A stretch of 51,794 nucleotides of DNA from Raillietiella orientalis (lineage: Eukaryota), in NCBI GenBank assembly GCA_036172245.1, contig JAYWIR010000106.1, positions 124,001-175,794 on the forward strand. The letters run 5' to 3'. Below are positions 32,750 to 43,751 of the stretch, piece by piece. The translations under genes and the position numbers were made by a program. The notes beneath the pieces were generated by a model. It saw only the letters and a list, made by a program, of their open reading frames with translations, made no database searches and was not told where the DNA came from. Each line of letters begins with the position of its first letter. Within the stretch, counting starts at the first letter, position 1.

Positions 32750-33750
32750 GGCGCCGTCGTCGTCTGGCGAGAAGCTTTGAGCGCGCATGGCACTCCGTGG
32801 GGGAAAACGGCAAACACCTCGGGAAGCGGTGGCGGCGGCGACTTCCTTGCGCAGGATGGCGCTGTGCAGCGGCGCCTTGCCTTTCCCTCGCCTCCGCCCG
32901 AGCGGACGAGGCTGAGGGACGGGAAGCAGTTCGCGGGACGCCCTCTTTCCACCAGGACTAATACGCGCCCTTCACTGCGCTGAGGACCCCCGCGGACGAC
33001 GGCCAGAGGACCGACTGCGTCTGGCTGCTTGAGCTGTGGATGGGCCTCAGGCGTGGAGCCAACCCGATCCCGGACACCCTAACCTGCTGTCCAACGGCAT
33101 GGACATAGAGTTCCTAAGCTTCGTGGAAAACGCCAAGCTGCCTCTGCTGCAGAGGCTGTTATCCCGGACGTCGTTTGCTGCGAAGGTTACCAAGGCGGTG
33201 GACGACAACAGACCGGTGAATCTACACCTCTTCTACGGCTGCAGAAGATCAGCAGCTGTAGAAGAGGTGTAGATTCACCCAGTGTTCGTGGACCACCCAC
33301 GTTTCCCCTGGAGTGCTGGGACTGGGCGTTGCAGTTTTTGCACCGGACTCTATTATGCAACACGCAAGTCCATTACTGGACGATAGGCAGTGCGACTCCG
33401 GACCGTGCCAGGAGGTGCAGGGAACGGGAAACGACCCCGCACCTATCGTTGGATTGCATTGCCCTCCTGAGCGTCTGAGAGAGTGTCGCTGCGGTCCTCC
33501 CGCTTTTGGTGGACAACGGCAGAGAGGTTTTGCTGCGCCTCTTAGCGCACGACACGACGTCGTCTGCAGATTCCCTCGCAGCCTTGTGCCGCCTAAGTGG
33601 GATCATGGCGGCGAGGATTCGCACTGAAAGTGGTCATACCAATCTTCTGCTCCTCCTAAGAAGATGGAAGACGGAAGATGACAAGATGCTCGCATCTCCG
33701 CCAGCAGATGGTGGAAAAAGGAAATTGCTCACATGCTCCAGAGGATGCTG
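32750..33750 (+). mobile_element. 3' fragment of the same L1/Tx1-like family as the 42.5-51.8 kb elements
   Basis: WALQFLHRTLLCNTQVHYWTIG...RRCRERETTPHLSLDCIAL...REVLLRL...SLAALCRLSGIMAA aligns by eye with LPCNARRHHRTWG...CVRCWERDILHHLLVDCVAL...RDVLKAL...SLAALCCLRGIFAA at 47396-46962. Confidence 0.75.
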
Positions 33751-34049
33751 AGGATGCAAAGACGAAATCTGTGATCCCTTCGTTTCCCTCCCCAACTCAT
33801 TTTAAGAAGGGATTTGTGTGAGTGTGTGCGTGTGCGTGCTTTTTTTGTGCACCCCTTACCCATCTTTCCTGTGCGGACCCCATCGGAGCCGCTTGCTCCT
33901 GGTTGAGGGTTCGAACTCCATCCGGGGAAGAAAACAACGCCGAGAACGGGGCCTGCGTAGTGGATTTCGAGCCCATTTCCTCAGGAAGATGAGGGCTTCT
34001 ACTGCAATGGCACCAATGGAAGCCAGATGCTCCCTCTGACTGTCTGGAA

Positions 34050-35200
34050 GTCGACCCTTTCGAACCATTTCAGAAATCGAGGAGTCTCGGCGTTTCCCCT
34101 CTAGTGGCGAGAACGAGGCCGTATCACCATGGAGCTGGTTGATATTCCTCTCGGGAGATCCTTGCCAGAGTGTAAATGTCCCTCAGAGTAAACGGGAGGT
34201 GTCCCTTAGGGGTTCTTTTCAGAAAAGGAAAAAAGGAGCGGTTCCCTCACGCGCTATCACTCGAAAAGGGTCCAGGACTGAACCCTTTTTGAGTACCCTT
34301 CGGAAAAGAAAGGAGCAGTGGCCACAAAAATCAAGAATCCTTCCGCAGAGAATAAGGAAGAGGTCTCCTTCGAAGACAGCCAGGCTGGTGATTCAAGACG
34401 TTTCCTTCGGGATTCCCTTATAAGCGCAAGGCGAACGGACTCCTTGTCCAGGAGCCCTCCTGGATTCATAGGGAAGTCACTTATAATTTAAAAACTCTCA
34501 AGCACCATCGAGTAGCGTGGAAACGTGCCCAGAGTCATCATCCGAGGCAACATCTTGATACCACAGCATTTCGAAATCTTCTACAAGATGATGCTGAGAA
34601 GGGCAGCCGGACGCTGGCCGACCAGTCCAGTTTTTACCAAGCACGCCAGCAGTGATTATCCATGCGAACGATCTGCTTTTTTTGTTTTCCATCTCCGCCC
34701 ACACAGCCAGAGGATATCGTCCTTAACGAGGCAGTAGCTGACTCGCCGACGACTGGTCTGCAAAAGGAAAACGGCAAAAGGATGGCGTGGAGGTGAAGCT
34801 CTGGCAAATATAAGTACACCAGAGCGAACGGATGCAGGAAGAGAAGCGGCCACCCGAAGGCAGAACAATGGAATTCACGAATCATCAGTCCTGCAAGCAC
34901 CTCTGCAGCGAGAGGAAACGGAGGGAAACGAAGCGACGATAGAAGGAAGGGAACAGGAGCGAATCCCTCCTGACGCTGCACCTTCCCTTTTCAAGGACAC
35001 TCTCCTTCGAGCTGCTGACACAAAAAGACATCAATCACGCGAGGAAGCAGCTTCCCGACAGCTGCACTAATTGGAATTTCCCCCGGGCAGCGTAGGAATG
35101 TTCTGGATCGTGTCGAGAGCTGCACTGCCCGTACGTCCTGAGCGCTTGCAGCTTTCGAAAAAATGCAAAAATGCAAATTCAAACCCATTTCTTGGATTTT
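34050..35200 (+). mobile_element. Degenerate RTE-like LINE relic
   Basis: IFLSGD (APE), VIIRGNILIPQHFEIFYKMMLRR (YRGI.LL...KIF.KIL..R), TAKGWRGGEALA (GVRQG..LS) and LIGISPGQRR (GL.IN..K). Confidence 0.4.
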
Positions 35201-35519
35201 CGATTTATTTTCCTCGAGAGTGCGCTATTAGGGTGCGCTCGTCGCCCATAAAATGGCCTCCGTGCTGCAGGAACCGCAGTGCAGCTCTCATCTCTCTCAC
35301 GCATTGATCGAAGGAACCCCAGGTAGCGTCCCGTACCCGGCACGACACCCTCCCGTCCTCGGGTGGGCAATCCGACACAGTCCCGTTTAATGCAGGCGCT
35401 CGTGGCTCCACGCGTCCCGGCGTCTCGAGCGAATGCGCGCGACCGCGTCCTTCCCTGTGTGGCGAGGCAATCCCGCCGTGGTCAGAACGTGCACGCTCCA
35501 GCCGGTGCCAATTTTTCCT

Positions 35520-36750
35520 CGGATATCGGGATGGAACCCTAGCAACTGGACGTTGGACCCATGCGCGGAGCGGCATGCGATCTATGGAGAAGGGGCGCAG
35601 TGGTGCGCGTCCGCTGGCCGAAATGAGCGCCCCTGATTGCGCTCCTCAGTCCGACACCCCGAGCTTCGTCTTTCAAGCCCAATTGACTGTTCATCCGTTT
35701 CCCAACCACGCTCCGTACATCAGGAAGTAGGGTCAGCCCTAAGCTAGCCAACGTCAGCAGCAGGCGTTCTTGCGCCCTCGCGCGCGTTGTCGCGGCGCTC
35801 TGCAGAGCCACCGATAGCTCTGCTGTCTTCCAGGGAGCCTCTCCGCGACTACAGAAGAACTCATCCGAGGACCACGAAAGATGAACAGGCCCTCAGTACC
35901 ACTGTGTCTCCTGGTATGGGTGCTCTGCTCCGCCAGCCTATCAGCGATGCATTGCAAGTAAGTGGGGACACTGACAGAGGACATTCGACCCTGGTGATCG
36001 TTGACCTATACAACGCGTTTTAAATGCTGGTGTTCTGCATTTCTCGGATGTGCACATAAGACCTTCGAAATGCTGCTTGCTAAGCCCACTTCCGAATTAT
36101 TTTCCTGATACCGCAATCTTCGCCAGCTGACGCGTTCCCGTGGCCGAGCACGCGGAGTGTATGCGGTGTGAGTCCCGGAAGACAGAAACGCTGCCGCCGC
36201 CCTCGACAGCATGATCAACTTCTTCGGCATACCAAAGAGGCCGCTCGATCGCACCGACGCGTGCACCGTGTGTGCACCAGCGAAGAGCCGTTCTATCCCC
36301 GACCGGTTGCCATGTGGCGGCGCGATGGTCGCCTCTCAACTCCATCGGAAGCGCTGCGTGCGCGCACACGCGGACGCGCACTCCGCAGGTGGATGCGCGA
36401 AGCAAACCGTGGAGATGAGCAGGGCACGCAACCACACGGTGGTTGCTAAGCACCCACCAGGGGTGTCGCTTTCTCTTCAAGGGCGCTCGTGGAGCGAGCG
36501 ACTTCGGTTGCGTCTCATCTGTCAACGCGGGCTGCACGTTCCAAAGGAGATCGCGTTGCCAGACGGAGACCGGAAGCGTTTCGTCCACCTGTTTCTTCAG
36601 CGCTCGTCGCTCTTCGATTCGGATGGCGCATCCGGTGGTTTCCGAAAACTGCGGGAGATCATCGGAAGTGTGACGCGTTGCTTTGGCGTTCGCGCGGAGC
36701 TTACGCTGCTCTACAGCGCATCTTAACGGCTTCAAAGGGATGATGGCGAG
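35520..36750 (+). mobile_element. Degenerate, heavily deleted L1/Tx1-like LINE ORF2 relic
   Basis: LIALLSPT (DIALLQET), KLANV, TLVIVDLYNAF (matches AVDLYKAFD in the copy at ~46720), AALDSMINFFG and RFVHLFLQRSSL (zinc-finger H). Confidence 0.55.
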
Positions 36751-36797
36751 CACATGAGCTTGCGCGTCGGCTGGGCTGTCACCTCTCTCCACGTTCC

Positions 36798-39700
36798 ATG
36801 CTCCAGCTCTTCATCATGATCGTTTCTTGTTCCAGAAGCTGTTTAGGGTTTGCTAAAAATTTCCTGGCGAGGAAAGCCAAAAATCCCGTTTCTGTACGGC
36901 TGGCTCGAACCGTAGGAGGGGTAAGTCTGGGGTTTCTGGAGGGTGGTTTTTCTTCCATTCTGAAGGCACCGTCAGAGATCACTCGCATTCCCCCATCTCC
37001 TCCCTAAATCTCGCCCCTAATTTTGGGGATTCGCATCAACTTCCTTCCTCCTAGTTAGCGCGAGGAAGATGCGGTATCCCGGTGCAGTTGCTGGTTCTAG
37101 TTGCACCAAGTATTTGGAACCGTACTCTGCAGCTCGCTGGAATCGGAACAGGTGGACAAGAATGTCATCCGGCATTGTGGCCAGAAATATTCTTCCTTGC
37201 TTTTATATCCTCAAACGCTGTTCGACTTTCCTGCAATTGGCGAATTTCGAGGGAATTCTCCCGCATCCCAGAAAATCAGCGTGGCATCGACACCCTTTTC
37301 GAAAACGCTCCCTATGTCCCAGCCTTTCCTGAACGTGAGAGTCATCTTGCAGTGATGCAGGAACACGAGTGGTCCACTAAAACTCCGTCAAGAGCGTATG
37401 CAAAGACGCGACTCTCGGTGCTTCGGGGTACGCGGTGTCACCGTGAAGCCTCCTCCGTGAGTGACGCTTCGAGCATCACTCGGCAGAATGCGCTCAGCCT
37501 GCCGGCATCATGAACCTCCGCTGTCTCTGCACGCGCCTCAGGTACTCTTGCCGGCATTCGTTTCCGTGGGGGATGCTGTTTTTCTGTGGTGCGCGTCGGG
37601 TTCTACCGAAGGTGGATGCGCGTCGCAGACTAACGATGCGTGGGGCGCCTGCCGGTGTCCTGGGACGGCAGTCGAAAACCGGCAGCATCCAGGTCGCTTA
37701 ACCCCGGTATCCGCCGCAGTAAACAGTAACGTATGCTCTCCTAGCAGAGAGTGATGTGTTTCTAGAGTCCAGTGGTGACCTCACGGGGAGACCGATGCCT
37801 CTGGACTGGGTTGATGGAGATTTTTGGGAGTCTTCGGATTTCTCGGCTTTCCTTCCATGTTCTTTTTGTTTATTGGCTCGTCGAGTGCTGAGGAACCGTC
37901 CGCCTCAGGAAGGTTTACTAAGCTGTTTGCCATCGTCCACCTCACCCTTGATGCGTGGGGCTTTTCCATTTTGTGGGGAGCCACCTCAAAGGGACCATTC
38001 GATGAATCCGAGAGGGCTTCCTAGGGAGCAGTTCTCTCTCCTCTTATGCTTGGGAGGGTAAACCAGAAGGGAAACCTCGTTCTAGTTGACTTTAAGGGAT
38101 CCACTTCAGGAACCTCTTCCTCTCCGGAGGAGTTGGGGACCAGTCCTTATCTCTTCTCCAGAGGGTACCCAGAAAGTATCCGCTCCCAGATCCTTTTTTT
38201 CTAAGGTAACCCGCATCGGAGGATTCTCGGAAGGATCCTGAAAGAGCAACTTGTAATCTCGCTCATTCAGCGTGGGCATCGGTCTCCCAGAATTGCCGCA
38301 TTAGTAGCTCCAGCCATCGTCATCCGCGAAAACGATCTCGATACCTGCTGCCGCCACCTGCCGTCCCGGTGACCACACGAGCGGAAGAAGAAAACCCTTC
38401 GGCGGTTCAAGGCGCGACAGGAGCGCCGTTTGCTCTCGGACGCGGTTTCTCCTGGCAGCAGCGCGATCCGCCGCCTTGTGACTCGTCCCGGAGAGCGCTT
38501 GCAAGTTTTGCAAGACCCCTGAGGGGCCGCAAATGCTTCTGCACCCTCCAAGAAGGAAGGGAAGGGGGTAGAGGGAGAGGAATTCAGAACCCGCAGAGGC
38601 TGTCAGCCCCCTTCCCGAAACGCAGGTCATTGGGTTTTTTCAGGTTCTGCTGATGCCAGTGGAACTGGGGCAGCCTGGTCAAGAAATGGTGCCGTCATTG
38701 AACAGTTACAAGAACGAAATGTGGTTCCTGTCGACGTCTTTTGTTTCTAAAAGTGAGTTCCCAGTTAAAGCTGTAGCTGAAAGCTCTCTCTTCCTTGCAG
38801 ATCGCCATTTTTTCGTTCCATCTGCGTCTCCAAATTGTAAGGTTACTGATACGGAATTCCAGACCAGTGATCTGATAGTTTCTGAAACAAAATCTGTGAT
38901 AACCGGGCTCATGGCTGTCGACACTTTGAAGGTGAAGAAGGACGCGCGCGCGCTCTCTCGAAGCACGTAGCCGGTGACGATGGAGGGTCGACGGATGGCT
39001 TGCGCCGGTTGCGTCTCTGCTAAAGCGTCCTTGAGGTTCTCGTGAAACTCTCGTTCCTTAAGGACAAGCACCACGGAAGGGTGGCATGCAGTCTTCTGCG
39101 TAATGGATTGTTTCGCTTTCCCGCACTGCGCTTGCCCGCGCTCCTTTCCATTCACGAATGCGAAAAGAGCACGTCCAGGTTCCGTCAATTCGCTTCCCGG
39201 TGCTGTCTGGAAACCACCGCTTCTGTCCATGCTGTCACGTGCGCTTCGTCCTCATCACCCCAGTTCCTCTGTGGGTCGCGCGGCGTCCTCGTCCGCGCTT
39301 CAGCTGAAGGAAAACCGGCTCTTCCCGACTGCCTTCCAAGTCGGTTCAAGCCGGCTGTTTCACGCTACAGTGCCTCCCCTCAGACGAGCCGAAGAGGAAC
39401 GGGATGCAGTCGCCACACACGCATTGCTCGCTCGCGCGCGCTCTCAGGTGCCTCGCGAGGAGTACTTCTACAGCCGGTGGTATTGCCGGAAGCGAAGACA
39501 TCCCTCGGAGTGAGAGAAATGCCTCCATGTTTTTTTTTTTTTTTTTCAGATCGAAAACATCTCCATTCCGAATGCGGAATTTGGGATCGCCACCTCAATA
39601 CAGCCCAACTTTTCTGTTCTCGCTGACGGCGTGATTGGACTGGGCTTCCCTGTGAAGGGCAAAAATTCGCCTCTTCGAAGCATAATCCAAGCAGGAAGCC

Positions 39701-40553
39701 TCGAGCCCATGTATTCTGTCTGCCTACCCAGGTACGGTGGGTCCAAGCGGGGAACAGTCTCAACTGCTTCTCGATCGCCGACTGACCCCTCCTGACACCA
39801 CGGATGAATGCTGCCAGGCTGAAAGCGAAAGCTTGCTTTATGATTGCCTGCTCCGTTCCCCAAAACAGGAGAGTAAAAGCGCGTTGTTCCTCAGAAATGC
39901 TTTCTCTGATGGATGGCTGTACTTCGGTGGTAGCAGATCTGATCTGTACAAAGGAAAATTCTCCTACCACAGTCTGATCGAGAAATCGGACTCTCACTGG
40001 AAGATCAAGATAAAGAAGTGAGCCCAAAATTGTTCAGGTTCTGCTCTCACCTCCCTCCTCCCCCGTTAGAGTGGTGTTCAACAAGCACACGCTGTGTGAT
40101 GGGTGCGTGGGGAAGGTGGTCATGGGATTTGGGCTAGCTGGTCCCAAGAGTCAGGTTTCCAAGATTCTAGAGGATCTGGGAGTACATTCGGAAAAGCGAG
40201 GGCATTATTTCTCGGAAGTAAGCTAACCAGCTTCTCGCTTCCCTTCACGCGAGGTTTTTCTCTTAGGTGAAATGTCAGCGTGAGTTTCCTATGCTGACTT
40301 TCTCAGTGGACAAATCGGTGTACGTACTGGAAGAGAAAGACTACATTACAAAGGTGAGTTAACGCGCTCCATGTCAACGCCACCCCAAATGTGATCACCC
40401 GCGCAGAAGGGGAACGACAACTGCACCGTGGAAATCTCAATGATGCCAAACGAAGACAATGTGTGGTACATTGGAGACCAATTCCTTATGAAGTACTGCG
40501 TCTCCTTCGACTATGGAAAGAAAAGGGTTGGCTTTGCGGAACAGAAAAACTAA
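36798..40553 (+). CDS. Pepsin-family (A1) aspartic protease homolog lacking both catalytic Asp (candidate secreted pseudoprotease), 8 exons, ~349 aa
   Basis: Exons 36798-36920 (less certain), 38644-38752, 38801-38931, 39550-39731, 39895-40017, 40070-40217, 40267-40353 and 40407-40553 are all GT-AG, phase-consistent and stop-free (1050 nt). Pepsin-fold landmarks: VELGQPGQE, FVPSAS, ITGLMAVDTLKI, FGIAT, DGVIGLGFP, YSVCL, GWLYFGG, HWKIKI, LCDGC, LAGP, FPMLTF...YVL...DYI, WYIGDQFLMKYCVSFDYGKKRVGFA. Confidence 0.88.
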
Positions 40554-40749
40554 GCAGGTTTCTCCCGCGTCGACCACGAGGATGGGCAAGGAGCTGCGTG
40601 TGGACTGCATGCTTGCGTCCTTCGCGGAAAATACATAGTGCACACTCCTAGGCTTCTAGTTTCTCAGCGTTCCCACTGACTCCCAAAACGGGGACGGGGG
40701 GTCCGACGGGCACAAGGGATGCAGCCTGCGTGGTCTGCGCGCGATGACA

Positions 40750-42500
40750 CCCAAGCTTCTAGGGTTTTAACCCCTCCCGGGAAGAATCGACGCCGGGAAT
40801 GGGTGTGCCATCGTGGATTTCTAGTCCATCCCTGAAGGTTCACGCTGGCTGGTTCACGGGTTTCAGTAGCAGCGGAGCTGGATGCTCTTCCTGACTGGCT
40901 GGAATTGGAAATCGACCCTCCAGGCACCTTCCAGGAATCGAGGAGGCTCAGATTCCCCCTCCGGTGGTGAGAACGGAACCTCACCACCATGAAGCTGATT
41001 GACATTCCCCTTGGGGAGTTTCCTCTCCAGTGTCAGGAATGCCCTCCTGAAAAAACGGGGGATGTCCTTTTGACGTTCTCTTCGGCGTCTCTGGGCTAGG
41101 AAGCAGGGCGACCATGCCTCCGGATGCAATGAGGGCGAAGGTTCTCTTCGGACTTTCCTCCCGAGCGTGACAGGAGCGGACTGTTGCCTCCTGAGGCTTC
41201 CTGAATTAACGGGGTGGTCCATCCAGGTTGCTCCTGAATTGAAGGGTCACATGCACTCGTGTTAGTTCTCAGGAGATGTAAATGCCCCGGCTGGGGAATT
41301 CCCGAGCTGATTAGCTGGGAGTGCATCTCCCATCTGCTCAGGGAATTCCTCCCTTTTGCTCCATCTTCTCCATTTTCTTCTCCCAGATAGCAAGGAACCT
41401 CGTTCCTTGTGAATCTTGAAAAAAAAAAAGAAAAAGGAAGAGAAATTTCGAAATTCCCTTCTGATGGGTAGTCCCTCGGAGCATTCGCAGGAAAAGCAAG
41501 TCAAGCAAAACATGATAAATGTAGGGTAGATGGTGGGAACACCGGGACTCCCGACCCTTTGGAACCAAGAACGCTGCAACCACATGAGCGGGCCCTCTTG
41601 CTCGTTCCTTCGATGATTGTTTTCAGAGGATCGTCGATCCTCTGAAGAGAACTTCTGGACCGGCACGAGATCACTAGATCTCTCAGGGTAGAGCCACTCA
41701 ACCGCGCCCGAGTATCCGCGGATCCCTACCGTCGAGAATGGGAGGTCAAAGGGCGAGAAGAGAACCCCTCTCTGGCGTCCTGGGAGGAGTCCGGGCCTCT
41801 TCAGTGGAAATCCCAAAGCTGTACCCACCCTTGAGCCTGAGTGAGCGGAGCACCTGATGCACCTCCCTCTAATCCGGGTGTTCCTTTCCGTGGAACTCTA
41901 GGTGGGAGACAGGCACCACTGCTGGTTCCATGTCACAAAGACTCTTCCAAGATGGAGCTGCGGTTTCATCCTTTCCAGCGTAAAGATGCCGCATCACTCT
42001 GCGGAGCGGACCTTCTCACGGAAGTGGGACTGCAAGGCGCTTCAGAGGGTCTTCCTCGACAGTCTGTTGGCCCGTCGTCTCGCCTCGACGGGTGGGGAAC
42101 AAACAAAAAGGAGCAGTCTCAGGAGGAGGGCAACAAAAGAGTTCCACCTGTCGGAGGTTCGCTCCGGAAGGTTCACAGCTTCCGGGTGACTAAGCCAATC
42201 AGCGGGCATCCTTCACATGCTCATGGAGACTCCGGATGTCCCTTTCCCTGGAAACTCCAGCTCGAATTCGAGCCTGAGATGGTCCAGAGCCGAAGTGACC
42301 CTTTCTCAACCGCCCATTTGACAGCTCAAGTTTTATACAAGGAAGGCGTGGTCGATGGCCTCGTGCATCCCAGGTTATCCGGTCAGCAAGTTGCTTGCAT
42401 TCACGGATGCACACAGCTCGTTGGCTACGAAGAAGGAAAGGCCTCTACCAAAGATGCCTGTTCCCTTCTCCCTATCTTTTTCCCAATGATTTGTTGTCTC
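40750..42500 (+). mobile_element. Degenerate RTE-like LINE relic
   Basis: SGDVNAPAG (APE GDFNARVG, ~41270), SCGFI...RVFLD (QxGF...FLD), SFRVTKPISG (F.V..GV.QG) and SGQQVACIHGCTQLVG (G..LE.V..FKYLG). Confidence 0.45.
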
Positions 42501-42554
42501 CTTCCTTGCGTTTCGGTCTCTCTGCCTGTTCGTCCTCCGTATCACACAGGGACT

Positions 42555-43635
42555 TTATTTAAAAAACTATACATTTCTGTGGTTGGACGATCGATCCTTT
42601 CACGTCACTTAGAACTATGAAAAGGAGCCTGGCGAAAGCTGACACGTAGGCCAACCTGATCAGCTCAACAGCTCAGGGGCAAGGAATAAAAATAAATAGA
42701 ACAATAAAAGCAAAAATGCAACAAAAAAAAGAAGTGGTGGCTTCGGGAAGGAATCACTGCGTGCTGGAGGGTCTCCTCCGCATCCTTGTAAGGATGCCTA
42801 CAAGTTCCGGTCTTAAAGTTTCTAGATGGCGCCATTCGGATGCTGTCCTCAGAAAGAGGACCGCAGGCGTCTATACATGGTGTCTCTGTTGTTTTGTCCT
42901 CCTCTGGCGTAACCCCATGCAGCCACGATCCCGCGCAAGCAGCGAAGTTCTGATAGGGATGCAGCCCGCGTGAAGGCGCTGCGCTGAAAGATGCACTTGC
43001 GTCTCTGGGTGTGCTCTCTGGTATCCTCAGGGACGCAACAAGGCATTCATACATGGGACAGAGGGCGACACAATCCATGAGCAGGTGCGAGAGGGACTGT
43101 CTCTCTCCGCACCTGTTGCAGTTGGGAATTACGCTCCCCCTGGTCCCCGAGCACGGACGCCGGGGTGGTCCCGGGAAGCAGTAGCAGAAGATCGTCTGCG
43201 TATGCCAACACGGCAGGTGTGCCCGGACACGGGGTCGCCAAAGTTGCCAGAATCTCTCTGTATGCTCTCAGCACTAATTCAAAGTAAATGCCGAAGAGCA
43301 AGGAGCCCCACTATTGCCCTGCCTTATGGCACGGCAGACGGGCAAGCCGTACATGTGCCGGCCGCTAAAAGAAATGTTGATAAACGCGAAGCAGATAACC
43401 CAGGAACACGGTCGGGAAACCCATGCGTTCCAGGAGCTCGACCGCGACTGCAAGGGCTCCAGGCACACATTCGTTGCTTCCCTGTTCCCGAGCGGAACAA
43501 AATCCAGGATTCTCCTGAACTGCCGTTGCAACCCTTGTTTGCAACTGTTACCATGTGCTGGAACAGATTGGCCTCCATTGTTCGTACGTGTGTTCCGGAC
43601 TGATCAGGGAATCGGCCACGCATCTCAGTAGCTCA
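42555..43635 (-). mobile_element. L1/Tx1-like LINE copy A: RT-to-3'-end fragment with a large internal deletion
   Basis: SLISPEH..RTMEANLF, RAIRQG and YFELVLRAY...AVLAYADDLLLLLP, followed directly by NCNRCGER...HLLMDCVAL. T-rich 3' UTR and AATAAA at ~42555-42560. Confidence 0.85.
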
Positions 43636-43751
43636 ACAAATAACTTTGTAAGCAACTTCGGGTGCGGACGTGTTTTTTCCGCGCTCCTCTGCGCCTGTTG
43701 TAAAGGCTTTCGTTGCGTTAGTGTTTGTGTGTGGTGCATCTGCGGTGTCCA

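Noticed and set aside
37055..38368. Two extra phase-compatible candidate exons in intron 1 of the aspartic protease homolog
   Set aside because: Weak donors (gtggac, gtgacc), no propeptide similarity, and the direct exon 1-exon 2 join already gives exact register with the mature pepsin N-terminus. cDNA is needed to exclude them.
40962..40990. Small hairpin ggtggtgag-N-ctcaccacc
   Set aside because: A 9-bp stem inside a TE relic is expected by chance in a 52 kb window.
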